Positions 40,101-51,825 of a stretch of DNA of 64,000 nucleotides are shown here, one piece after another. This stretch comes from Raillietiella orientalis (taxonomy: Eukaryota): positions 682,001-746,000 of the forward strand of contig JAYWIR010000001.1 in the NCBI GenBank assembly GCA_036172245.1, given 5' to 3'. The translations under genes and the position numbers were made by a program. The notes below the pieces were generated by a model. The model was not told the origin of the DNA. It worked only from the letters and a program-made list of their open reading frames with translations, and searched no databases. Position 1 is the first letter of the stretch. Each line of letters begins with the position of its first letter.

Positions 40101-40509
40101 AACATAGGGGTGAAATAGTGAGTCCTCCTAGGTCCCAGGCGCCGCATAGGGGAAAGGGAACGGGGTGTTAGTATCCTCTCCTCACGCTGCGCAGGATGCT
40201 AGCACGAGTTTACCGGATGGCGCCGCCTAAGGAGTCAGGAAGGAGGTCGCTGTGTACGGCGCCGATCGCTCTCTCCGCCGCGCTCTGCTCTTTCGGCCAC
40301 CAAAGAGGCAGCGGAGCGGTGTCGCTCGCTGCGCACCAAGAAGAAGCGCACCAGCACGTCCTCGGTGCTTCCCGGCGGTGGTAGGAGGGTCGCTGCCTAG
40401 GAGATCCTGTTTCGAATGAGCTCTGCTCGAAAGGAGGATCGCTGCTGCTGCAACGATCGACGTCTCGAGCCGGTTTCTAGCGGTGCACACGCGAACGTGC
40501 GCACGCCAC

Positions 40510-40836
40510 AAAATAGAAAGGAAATCCAAAAATTGTAACAGAAGAAGGTCAATAAGATTCATTCTCAGACATTAAGATATGAGATGCAAAATAGATCTCG
40601 AAGAAGTCGAGGAGCATTTTCATCAGCAATTAGAGGACCAAAGGGAAGCTGATGAAGCATTACCGGAGAATATACAGATAGGCAGAGAAGAGGATGCTTC
40701 TCCGTTGGATTTTAGTCTCTTCTCTCCTGAAGAGATTTCATCGCCGCTAGGAAAGACCGAAAACTCCACCCCAGGAATTGATGGAATCACCTACATCGGC
40801 TGAAAGATGGTCGATCTTGTAGCAGGGATATTGACC
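40510..40836 (+). mobile_element. Best-preserved NeSL/Utopia-type RLE non-LTR retrotransposon fragment (pre-RT / RT domain 0)
   Basis: One frame of 109 codons with two stops: KIERKSKNCNRRRSIRFILRH*DMRCKIDLEEVEEHF...FSPEEISSPLGKTENSTPGIDGITYIG*KMVDLVAGILT. This matches the family pattern RRNRRRA+RLI..RC.I....LE.HF...F...E+...L...ENTAPG.D.+TY..WK.VDP...IL. Confidence 0.85.
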
Positions 40837-41049
40837 TGCTCCGCGAGTGTAAGGGCGCAAGAAATCTGCGCTCATACCGGCTCACGGGGACGTCGTCTCT
40901 GCTGTGGGCATCGAAAGGAGATGGCAGCTACAGGCACACGGTGGGGAATGAAATTCGAGACTCTGGCTGGTTCCCCACTGGCCCGCAACGAAGGACAGCT
41001 TCCGTTCCTTCCCTCCCCTCCCCCATTCCCCCCCTCTCCCCATCCCTTC

Positions 41050-42590
41050 CACTGAAAGACGTGGCGCTGCCATCACCCGTCCGGACCGCGTCTCGCACCG
41101 CGTCGCATGCGAGCGAAGCGAGAAGAAACAAAGAATGGAGCAAACGATGGGATGGCTACCCCACGATGGGATCTGCTCCCTGTTCCCTCCTCTGAAGGGC
41201 GCTCTCCGAAGGGGGCCGAAGGGGGCAGCGCGCTTCTGACAATCCTGAGAGGAGAACTCCCGAGGGGGTGTCAACCAGCTCCATTTCCACAACCGGAGGG
41301 GAATTCTGAAGGCAACCGGATCCTTGATTCCTGGAAGAATCCCGGAGGGGTCGGCTTCCGATCTCGAAGACCAACCAACGGAGGCATCCGGGGGTTTTCG
41401 GATTCCACCAACGCCGCAGCATCCAAAGCCCGTGGGCCGACCAGCGTCATCTTGAGGGGAACCTGACCGACCTACCCCTCCGTTCTCGGAGTCGACCCCT
41501 CCCCTGGAGGGATTCGAACCCACGAGCTCTCGAAAAGCGAGCAGAGCGCCTACGACGGGAGGGTTGGAACCGAAGGGTGGTAGGAGTGGCCTGTCGGGCA
41601 CCATCGGCGAGATCCCAGGTCGAGCGTTTTCGGACCGCGACGGCCGTTCCACGCCGGTGCGGTCTTCTTGTGGGGTCCGTTCGGTCGCTGCGCAACGAGA
41701 TACCAAAGGGTGAAGGTTCTCCTGCTTTCTCACCCCCGATCCATCCCCTCTCTGCAGCTACTCTGCATTCTTCCTTCTCCGGAGAGCAGGATGGATGAGA
41801 GGAGCCAGGGACAAAGCAGTGACTGACCTCGGCAGGTTTCCGCATCGGTGGCGCCGTGCCGCAAAGCTGCCAAATACAAAGCAGGGCTCTCGAAGGCAAC
41901 CAGACGGGCATCAGCCCTTCCCTTTCGTACTCTGGGAAGTACTAAGGAAGAGGACGGAGCGGGGACTTTGTGTGCCGAGTGCCACGACTGTTGCCACTGA
42001 CCACCATAAGCGACCATCTCCGCTGCCTGATAGTCACCTCCGTTTTGTCTTCCTCTCGAAGCTGGGACCACCCGAGGTTTTTCCTTATGCAGGGGAGAAG
42101 GCTCAGAAGCAGACCTCCCTGGAGCACTATTCATTCCTTCACCCCTGCTGATGCCCTCCACTCGTCGCTTAGGGATCCTTCGCGGTGCTTCGTTCATATT
42201 TCTCCTGGAGGGGACGCCACGACGTATGCTGGAGCTCCTTCCAGGCAGGTTGGACGCAATTCCTGAGATAAGCTGGAATGGAGCATCCAGGCCAGGAGCT
42301 GCCACTCTTCCCAACTCCCAGACGTCTCAAATTTTCGAGCCTCCCCCCTGGCGGCGCAGCAAACCGGCTTCCAGAGCGCGAGCCCGAGAAATTCTCCCAG
42401 GAGCACGAGGTTTCCCCTGGGAATGCCAGGGGTGGGTGTCTAGTTACGTGCTGATAACGGAGACCGTCCACATTACCCCACCCCTCTGTGGCAACCTGGA
42501 ATGTCATCCACTGAGCGATAGTCTTCCTGAAGACCACTTCAATATGGGCCCACCCAGGGAGCATCATAAGAACAGAACTTGTTGACATCC
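41050..42590 (-). mobile_element. Decayed NeSL/Utopia-like relic
   Basis: GNVDGLRYQH (cf. PGPDGLTYQHW), RLENLRRLGVG (cf. P.NWRPIALG), RFSRARGF (cf. RFLGRPVGF). 41195-41530 is visibly homologous at the nucleotide level to 47430-47660. Confidence 0.62.
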
Positions 42591-42989
42591 CTTCGATTCC
42601 TCCCTCTCTCTCCAGGAAAACTTTCCCTTTTTTTTTTTCGTTTTTTCACCCCCCGGTTTTCCCTTTCCTATCGCTGATGGAGCGGACCTCGCCGGTCTTC
42701 GTACCAGTGCTCGGCAAGTTTTCCACCCGGTTTTGACCGGGGGGCATTTATAATTAAGCAGAATAATAAGAAAAGTCCATTAGAAGTATTCAAGTGTGGT
42801 GAAACATTTATTTGCACTACGTGCTCGGAACTTGCCACGACCGGCACGTAGACTGGCGAGGTCCGTTTCCACAGCGACGGGAAAAAGAAAACCGGAAAAA
42901 AAAAAAGAGAAAAAATGGGAGGAAAAATCTCAATGGGGAAGGGAGCGGAACTTGGATAACATTTCGCTGAGAGACGTCCTCTGCATCCT

Positions 42990-44600
42990 GCTCAGGATGC
43001 TGGCAAGTTCTGCCTGTATCCCTCCAGGTGGGGCCACTCGAGGCGGTCTTCAAGATCGTCACCCAGTGGATGGCAGTGGTACTTCGGCCTCTTCTTCCGG
43101 CCTTCCACGCCGCCGTGATCCCGCGGGATCAGCAGAGAGCTGCGAGGGACGTGGCTGGCAGCAGTGCGACACACACGAGGACCCCGCGTTTCAAAATGTC
43201 CCTGGGGTCGCCCAGCGGGATTCCTAGGTCGTCGAGAAGCGATCCCAAAGGGGACGGAGGGACGGCACAGTATAGCAGGAAGTGCGGGAAGGTCTCCTTC
43301 TTCCCACACCTGTCCCACCCAGTACCTACTCTCCCCCGTGCCCAATGATGGAGGCACGCTTCGCACGGGTTTCCCCCAATACAATACTAGCAACGTCAAC
43401 TCCTGCCACTCGAAGCGGAAAGCGCCACTGTTTCAGGACGCTGGGGGCAGTTCACCTCCTCCGGAGGTGTTGCGAGCAGCTTGCCCCAGATCAGGAGTCC
43501 TTTTGGAGGGACACTCGGGGTCGCAGCGTCCGTGAGCTGACGAGTTGTCCATACGCACAGAAGTTTCTTCCTGCCTTCGATGCAGCAAGACATTCCCCAC
43601 ATTGCCGGAAGGTCGCTGTCCCTTGAGTCCTTGTTTGGCAAGTTGGACGTACGTGGTGAAGCCAAGTGCTTCACCGCAGAAGACAATTTTATTGAACTTT
43701 TCTTATTACTCTAATAATAAATGCCCCCAGCAAAACCGGGTGAAAAATCCCACGCCACTGCTTCCTAATATTCGGTCCTCCAAAGAGAGGCCGAAGGGAA
43801 GTTCTGCTCTTCCGCAATCGGGTCCTTCCGGGGACCACCCGGGATGGTGGCGGGCCGCTTCAGTATCGCGACCTCCAAGAGACGAGGGGGAGGTCAGCGC
43901 GCAGGAGTGCCAAGAAGCGACCGCGCGTGGTGTCCTGCACAGCACGCCGACGGAGAAGACGAGACACGCGTTTCCCGACGAAGATGCGCGGACACCACCG
44001 GCGCCATTCGCTTTGCCTGAGTTCCCTGCCGGCTCCTTGGAAGCCGAGATGACCAAGGAGCCGGCAGGGAACCGCTCAAGTTCCGGCATAGGTCACGCCG
44101 GGCAAGCCGGAAGTGCAGCGCTCGCGCGCGCGGCGGTGCGGTTGACCGCGCCCGAAACTCGGCGGGTCACAGCCTGGGTTCCAGAGTGCATCTCAGCTCC
44201 CGAGGAGGAGGAAGCCTCTGACGGGTGCATCCAGGATCCAGTCCGGCAAGAAGGGGGGACGCAGAGGGAATCGTCCGAACGCCTGAGGACAGCGGAGAAG
44301 ACGGATCGTGGAGGAGAAGCGCACGACGTTAGGCGGGGTTGTTCGCTTGCTGCTGCTGCGACGGGATTTCCGGGTGCGGAATCAGGGACCCATTCAACTC
44401 GCGGAAGCTCATTTTCGAATGGGAGTTTGATCGACTATCCCGGTGCCGCAGGAAGCTCTCTCTCCCTAGACGTGTGTGTTTGCCGAGGACGAAATATGGC
44501 CGTGTTTCGTCCACATGCGGGACGCGCGGCTGCAATTTGTTTGGCGTCCCGAATGGCCTTCTGCTGAGATGCGTGCGACTGTCATTGTAATGGGGTGCGC
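42990..44600 (+). mobile_element. Decayed NeSL/Utopia-like relic
   Basis: GIPRSSRSDPKGD (cf. IP..W....PKKGD), YLLSPVPNDG, ATRSGKRHC..TLGAVH (cf. AR..GK.LC...AFGSVPH), GRCPLSP (cf. QGCPLSP), SSLPAPWK (cf. S.LAPWQ). The start is homologous to the inverted 42495-42590. Confidence 0.65.
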
Positions 44601-45299
44601 CGCGCATATTGGTGACTAAGGAATGAGAGGGAAGCGGAGATTAGGGGCTGGGCAGTGTTTGGAAAGTTATGGAGATTAATCATGTTTCGTGTTGCCTCGT
44701 GTTTGGTTAAGGTTAATAGATTACTTGATTTCTCCGAGGGGGGAACTACAGTTTGCTCCAGGGCATCGTGTACAGCACGGATCCGGAATACATTACCATG
44801 TGTTACCGTCCCTGGATGCAGTCCTGTCCTTTATCGGAGGGATGATTAAGAGGTGAAAATTCAAGGGTGGATTCCACACGGGCAGATCGGAAAGTTTTCC
44901 CATGGTCCTGAGGTGACGAGGAAAAATTTTCTGGCATCTCGGGATGCAAGGAAGGGCGGAGTGGTGGTTCGTTTCGAAGATTCTACGCGTCCTCGTGGAA
45001 GGCACGGGCACGTGGGATATTTCCGGAATCGATCCTGGGGCTCCAGGAAGTGGAACTGCCACTGTTGATTATTCTGGAATTTCAGTTATTCATCAAACCG
45101 CTTATGAAAATCCAGCAACAGAGGAGGGTGCGGACCTTCAAAGCGGAGGAGTGAAAGGAGGAAGTTAGACTGTGGTTTTTACCCGGTGACGCCGGGACTT
45201 TTATTTTAAAAATAAACCATAAGTCAGAGGGGAACAGCGTCCCCTAGATACAAGAGATGTCCTCCCTCCCCCCCGAAAAAAAAAGAAAAAAAAGAAGTT

Positions 45300-46300
45300 T
45301 ATTGGGGATGACCACTGGCACGCAGGCTAGCTTCTATGAAAGCAGGGATCGAAGAGAAGGGACAATAAATAAATAAAAAAAAGACGAAAGAGTGGGGACA
45401 GGAGTCTTTGATATGTTTCGCTCCTTCTTTCCTAGAAGAAGCTGTGGGTGGTGGCGAGCTCTCTGATCATGACTTCTGGCAGATAAGGCCACCTTGCAGC
45501 TGTCCTCGTGACGGCCGCTGTCATGCTGGTGGCCTCCTTTCGTCGCGAACCTGACTCCAACACGCAGCAGGCTGTCACCATGCCCGCGGAGGCAGCGGAT
45601 GGTTGCCATCTTCAGCCCGCCTTGCGTGAAGAAACGCCACGGCAAGAGACCAAAGCGGTGTCCTGTGGATGGCTGAGGCTCATGACCGCCAGATGTCCTC
45701 CAGGGCACCTCAGTCTGAAGGAAACGCAGGAGCGATTCGACCGCCCCTCACCTGGAACAGTTCAGGGAGGCAACTCCCCCCCCGGAAACCAGGTGCCTGC
45801 GCTGGTTACACCGGAATCTCCTCAGTGCAGAAAGATTCCGTTTCCACCGGAGAGGCCACACGGAGGTGCCCGCACACATAGGGAAGGGACTGCGAGTTCT
45901 TCGGGGGGCACATAGAGCAGGTCGCTCCACCGAAGGATTCCTCCTCCTGGAAATGAGAAGTGGCGCCGTCCACCTCCAACTCGCTTGTCTTGCAGCCGTC
46001 CAGGAGTTTCTCGACTCCTGTGACGGTGCAGGAGAACTCTCACCTCTCCGGTTGGCTGCTGTAATCGTTTGCCCTGAGGGCAGACAATGCTGCGGCAAAA
46101 GGTGTGACGACTATGCAGAGTCACTGCGTAAAGTCCTGCATACCTTCCAGCGGTTTGCGTAGGAGATTCTGCGGCGGTCGCAGTTTCTCTGAACGCATCT
46201 CCAAAGTGGCAAACTAGGACTCCAGGATCTTCAGCCGCCAGGCGTTCCATTCCTGGGGGGGAGATCCACTGATGAACTACCTGAAGTGAGGACAGATGCC
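45300..46300 (-). mobile_element. Internally deleted NeSL/Utopia-like relic, tandem behind the 46400-48580 copy
   Basis: PQEWNA, EKLRP, EKLLDGCKTSELEVDGA...ESFGG (cf. LD.AR....L.VAWLD..NAFGS), TEEIPV...LPELFQ. Shares nucleotide blocks with the neighbouring copy. Confidence 0.62.
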
Positions 46301-47012
46301 TCAGGGGGTAATCAAATTCAGCCTTCCTGCGTAGGCTGCGCAACAGCAGAGAAAGAAGTCCTGCGCTTCCAGCGCATCGCTGGAGGATGTGGCGTGCCGG
46401 AGCACACCAGTGGCAAGTCCACAATCTGCTGCAGAGGGTCAAAAGTCGGAAGTGCACCTGTAGTCCGATCCTGTGAATGGTCAGGATGCTCGAGCCAGCA
46501 TCCTGGTGTGAGCCACTAAGTCCTTCAGTCTGATCCGGGACCAGCTGGATTGCGGAAAACGTGGATGAACTCGGACTGTTTCTCTGGATTGGAGGGTACG
46601 AGTCATGGTTCACTTTCCTGCACTGCGCGCCGTGCTTTGCACACATCCAGACGAATTGTTCCATGGCTGCAGCAGCGCAGCTTTTGGTTGCGTCCACCCT
46701 CGTGACTCCGGAAGCGGAGTTCCGCTCGCTTCGCTTTCCCCTTCGGTCGAACAGCCGCGCTCGCCTGTGGGTCGCCAGGCCAAACCTGACTTGCGTTGTT
46801 GCGTTTCACCAGCTGACCACCTGGCAGTGGCAAGACCCAGCACCTGACAAGAATTCCCTCCTGCACAGGGAGAAGAAAAAGGCAATGCAGGAGTGCGTGG
46901 GAGGAACGAACCTATTGGCCTAGGAAGATGGAAACCTTTGTGGGTTCTATGAAGGCAGGAAACGGAGGGAGGGGACAATAATCAATAAAAAAAAGACAGA
47001 ATGGTGGGGACA
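45332..47012. repeat. Diverged direct repeat ~68 bp: 45332-45400 and 46945-47012
   Basis: ttctatgaa.gcagg....gggacaataa..aataaaaaaa(a)gac.....gtggggaca occurs in both. Confidence 0.8.
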
Positions 47013-48104
47013 TGGGGTTCTTCTGCTTTGTGTTCGTCTGCTTTTGCTGCTTTCCTTCCAGTTTTTTCTTTCTCTGTTCCACCAAGTGCTGAAGAACCTT
47101 TCGTCTCCATAGGGGGTGTTCACGAAGCTCCTTGACACGGTCCATCCACTCAAGGGTGCGTGTGACTCTTCAAGCTGAAGGAGAGTAACCCTGTAGGGAC
47201 CACCCTATCGAATTTGGGAAGATTCCGGAAAATTACACTTGGTGGGGAAAACTTCGAAGGGAGCTTCGAACCGTCGTCCTGGTTGTCTCCGAAGGGAGCT
47301 TCTATCTGGAAAGACGGATGTGGCCGCCTCCAGGGGACCACTCCCGTTTCTTCTGAAAGAACCTGGAAAGGATCCGCTCCTAGAATGTCTCTTCCTGAAG
47401 GAACCGCAAGAGAACCGCACCCTGTTCCATCTCTGAAGAGAACCCCAAAGGGAGCAGCGCGTTTCCTGACACTCTGAAGAGGCATTAACCAACCAGCTCC
47501 ATCCTCACAACCGGAGAATAGCTTCGAAGGGCTCCTTGATTCCTGGAAGAACCCCGGAGAATCAACTTCCAATCCTGACCAGTCAGCGAAGGCATTCAGT
47601 TTCCGGCTTTCACGAGGGCCACACCAGCGCCATCCTGGTGGAGGGACTCGAAACCCACGACTCACCCCTCATTTCTTGGCATCAATTTTTTCCTCGGGTG
47701 GGATAAGAACCCGCAACTCCCGGTGCCACGAGCACAGACCGCAGCCGCACGGCCGCCGTCGCGGACGTAACGATTGGTGTAGCATGCGATTCCTTGTAAC
47801 CATGGAGAACGGGCGAAAAAAGGTTTCTCGCCACCGGTTTCGCTTCGAGGCTGCGCTCATTTCTTGCCTATTCATCGTGGATGCCGCTCTCCACGCCCCG
47901 GACCCAGTCTTCAGGTGCCCCAAAGCAAGAGACCGAAGCGATGTCCTGTGGATGGCCGAGGCGCATGTCCGCCAGATGTCCTCCAGGGCACCGCAGTCTG
48001 AAGGAAACGCAGGAACGATTCGACCGCCCCTCACCTGGAACAGTTCAGGGAGGCAACTCCCCCGGAAACCAGGTGCCTGCTCTGGTTGGATCGGAATCTC
48101 CTCA
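45642..48104. repeat. Direct repeat ~185 bp: 45642-45826 and 47926-48104
   Basis: gcaagagacc...ggaatctcctcag is present twice, with scattered substitutions and a 3-nt C-run indel. Confidence 0.93.
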
Positions 48105-48580
48105 GCGGAATCTCCTCAAAGGTGCGAGGTCAATGGCTTCCATCTGAAGCCAAAGGAGCTGCCAACCCGTGTTCGTGACCGTGTGATCTCAGCTGCAGAA
48201 GATCGATGGTCCTTTCCATCGCAGCTTCCAGGAACAGTGCTGTTCCGTGGTCAGCAAACGGGAGGATTGCACGCAGAACCATCTTTCCACATGCTGGTCT
48301 TTGGCCTGGATGAGGGGACGAATTCCGAGTTCCCTGGGCGTAGTTGAACATGTTCCCGCCGCTGGCGCTGAAGTCAGGAAGTCAGGGCGGGAGTTTCGCT
48401 GCCGGAGACGACGCTTCCTAAGGGTCACACGCAGAGCAAGGAGGGCTCAATAGGTTCGCGACCGCGTCGGATACCGACGAAAAGTCTCCAGGCGCGCTGC
48501 TGCGTCTATCGTCAATGACCGAAGTGTCCGGAAGGGTGCGGAGGACGATCGCGCGGCGACGCCGGTCGCTCGATCGCGCT
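46400..48580 (-). mobile_element. Most complete decayed NeSL/Utopia-like relic (RT, thumb, knuckle, RLE)
   Basis: Colinear across frameshifts: RRRRAI, SSAPGD, GIRPLI, AILPFADHG..LFLEAAMER, EEIPI...LPELF, FFRP, GVSRGFRVPP, GCGSLAVP..DILGADPFQVL, HPLWRRKVL, CLHRT, LVKRNNA, IRLDVC, LVP...GLSGS...RIG...LLTLC. Confidence 0.72.
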
Positions 48581-49514
48581 TCGGGTTCTCCGCAATGGGA
48601 GATCCGGAGACCGGCGACTTCGTGACGGCCGGACGTCCCGTCACTCCGCTTCCTGAGCCACGAAGACGGCGGCGCTGAAAGTCTCCCTTCGGTCCCTTGA
48701 GAGTGCGCAAGGGTCGGCCGGAGCGCGCAGGAACGTGCTGTGTCGCAGCGTTTCGTGCTCAGGCCGCCTCCGCTCCCTGGCAGCACCTGACAGAACGCAG
48801 ACAGGGGAAGCATCGGGTGAAACCGAGCTGGCACCTCGAGGGACCGTTCCCCAGTGGCCTCTCGGCATCTCTGAGGCGGCTTTCCTGACGTCGCGAGCGG
48901 AAGGGACTTTGCGCCACCTTACGAAGAAGGCACTTGGGCAAAGATGCCGCTTGCCAGCAGCCACCCATTCTCCGCAACATCGCGTCCAAGGAAGAAGGGG
49001 GGGGGAGTAAAACTAGAGTTGAGCAGCTGATGTCCTCAGGAGTCGACATCGGTCTCGATCAATCCCTATATATGAGAATCCTCGGAGATTCATCTCCCTG
49101 TCCCGCTTGGGGAGAGAGAAAGAGGAAAAGTTTTTTTTTTCCTTTTTTTTGGTCGAATGTCTGCGGGGCGGGAGTCAGAGGAGCAGCGGTACGTCTGCGA
49201 AGCTCAGATGAGAGGCAGGGCGAAGGTTTGAACTAAAGCATCTATAGGAAAAAGACTGCTCTCTGCAAGCAGAAGCGGGGATCCGGAAGGCGAGAAAGAC
49301 GTTAAGCCCCCCCCCCCCTTCCAACCATCTACCAATCATCATGCTGTCGGGAATGTTGCTAGGATTAAGCCACGTTTACTGGATGCGTGTGGAACGGCCC
49401 ACGCAGCTTCTGAGCATTGCACAATTAGGGTTAGACTGGACTGGACTGAGTGAGGCAGCTTAGGTGGGTTTGAAGGTCGCACCGACAAAACTGATTTTGA
49501 TGATGGTGAACAGG

Positions 49515-49671
49515 TGGGAGGGAAGAGGAAGGTAGGAGGCTAGGAGAGGAGGAGGAGAGGAAGGGAGGGAGGAAAGAAAAGGAAGGAGAGGACGAGGAGA
49601 AAAAGATGAAAGAACGGAGACGTAGAAAGACAGGAGGAAGAGGAAAGAGGGAGGAAGAAGAGGAGGAGGAG
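49515..49671 (+). repeat. Polypurine tract
   Basis: A/G mosaic on the plus strand. Confidence 0.9.
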
Positions 49672-49899
49672 TCTTCTCCGAAGCTGAAGACGAGGTCGTG
49701 ACGAGCCCTCACCGAAGGGGAGGGGGGAGTCTTTCCCAAGGGGATTAAGAAGCTGCGTCTCCTGGAACTCCCGAGCAGGGGCTCTGCTCCGTTCGGAACA
49801 TGGGAAACTGCTGCTGAAGAGAGGTCGAGGTGAGGGCGGGCTACTGCCCAGGAAGGTTATAGTCAGCGAGACCGAGTGATGCTCCGTAGCCAGGACGAC

Positions 49900-51300
49900 G
49901 GAAAGATGGGGTGCTCCAGAGGGAGAAGAAGAAGAGGAAGAGGAGAAACTGAGCGAGATTTTTCTGCTTTTCGCTGCTCCTTCACACTACGGCGCAAGAA
50001 CACACCACAAGATGGGGGCGAGTGAGGTCGCGGCGAGCGACAATCCAGAGGGTGCCCTCGACGACAGGAGGATGTCGCTCCCATGGTGAGAGGCACCGGG
50101 TCTCTCTGCCTGCCTGAGAGGCTGAGAGACCTCCGAAGGGGGTCAGGTAGACCGCTGTTCCCTCCCCGACTCCCTCTGTGCTTTGTGGGGACTCTCCTTT
50201 TCCAGCCCGTAGGATGAGGCGCCATCCATGCTTCAGCGGCGCGAGGCGGCGTTCTTTCGGCTGGCACTTGCGCGCGCAGGGCACAGGCCGGAAGCCGGGG
50301 AGGCTTCCTGAAGGAAGGTGGTAGTGGGAGCTCTCGATCTCCTCCCTGGGTCCAAGAGGAAAGGAAGAGGGGAAGACGCGACCTCCCCCGCTTCTTGACA
50401 AAAACCACCCGAGAAACGTCGCATGGCAACCGTCTTTGCGTCCTCTGTGGTCCGCTCCAGCCTCTGCAGCACTCCGACGAGCCGGGAAGAGGCAGCGATC
50501 TCCCCTGCAGGAGGGTCTCAGATCAATAGCGGACCCGCATCTGGGTTTCGAGAGCGTTTCTTGAAGGAGACAGGACGAGGAGAGGGGTCGAGTCCTGTGC
50601 CCTGCGGCCTGCGGCCTCTGTAGCTCCCTTCTCCAGGGTTGTGTGACCAGCAGCCTCCCAGGTTCGAGCGCGGGAGGAGAGGAGGCGTGCCGAGGGTCCC
50701 GGGATGGATGGGAAGGGCGCTCGCAGGACGGGACAGGCGGCCGGCTGAGCTCTCGCAAGGGCTCAGCGGGCGTTGCCGGCCTGCAGGGCCCATCGAGTGG
50801 CTGCTGAGCGGCCGATGAGGTCAGCGGTTTCCTTTCATGCAGCTCCCGACGCCGACGGGCTGCTGGAAAAGTGGCGGCGGGAGGCGAGGCACTCCAGTGA
50901 TGCCCCGGGAACTTGGCCAGGAGCATGAGCGGAAAGCAGGGGAGGAGAAGGGTGAAAGCACCAGCACCCGGATGGCGCCGCCGTGGGGCCTCGGGGAAGG
51001 GGCGTTGCCGGAAGCTCGGTTCCGTCTTCGGGTCCGCGAGCTGCTACAGCGGGATGACGGCCGCGAGGACGTGGAAGCACCCGGTTGGCTGCTCGGTCCC
51101 TAGCCCTACTCTCCAGGTGGTCCTGCTCGATGTGCACCAGGAGAAGCGGATGGGGAGGGAGGAACAGGAAAGTCGGCTTCGCTCCCCAGGGCAATTTTGG
51201 TCTGGCAGGAGCTCCGGGAAGGAGCGGCTCGGTTGTCCGTCGCAGCCACTGAGGTGAAGATCATCCTGCAGCATCCGCGGCTGCTGCAGCGGCACCAGCG
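49900..51300 (-). mobile_element. Decayed NeSL/Utopia-like relic
   Basis: AKFPG (cf. KFLG), RLLVTQPWRR (cf. KIL.S.LAPWQR), CLFPARR (cf. YLYG.R), AWMAP...KRRV (cf. WT.AR...RL.V). Confidence 0.5.
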
Positions 51301-51539
51301 AAAGAGCGTCCGTCCCCGTTCACCTCCCGTCTGCCTCCCCCATCCAGGAGGTACCCTTTCTTCCGTCGGATGGTGCCTGGACCACTCTACGTTCCCAGGA
51401 GCCCCGTCCGCGCGGCAAACTCTCTCCAGAGGTGAGGGAGGGAGGAAGTGTCGATACCTGAGGATTCCCGGGATGAGGAAAAAGGGCGGGAGGGATTCGG
51501 TTTTCGTTGTCAGCGCGACCGCCCCCTTCCCGTCGCCAA

Positions 51540-51825
51540 GAAGAAAAAGGCGATTGAAGAGTGAGGATGAGGAGCAAAGGGTTAGAGGGAAAGGGTGTGT
51601 AGGGAAATCAGAAGGTGGAGGAGGAAGAAAAGAGAAGAGAAAAAAGAAGGGAGGAGGAAGAGGAAGGAAGGAGGAGGAAGTGAAAGGGGGGAGGAAGAGG
51701 AAGAGGAAGAGGGAAGAAAGAGGAAAAAGAGAAAGGGAGGAATAAGAGTAGGAGTAAGTGATAGGGAGGAGGAAAGGAAAAAAGAGAAAGGAAAAATAAG
51801 GGAGGAGGATGGTTGGAGGAGGGAT
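51540..51825 (+). repeat. Polypurine tract
   Basis: A/G mosaic on the plus strand. Confidence 0.9.

Noticed and set aside
40160-40185. U2 snRNA-like or spliced-leader target sequence next to relics
   Set aside because: Only a short gtgttagtatc resemblance; no recognisable U2 or SL sequence was found by eye.
45700-46920. Apparent small GT-AG introns suggesting a spliced minus-strand gene
   Set aside because: Spliced models still contain stops, and the unspliced sequence matches colinear retroelement motifs better.
49424-49436. Telomere-like ttagggttag
   Set aside because: Fewer than two full units; consistent with chance.
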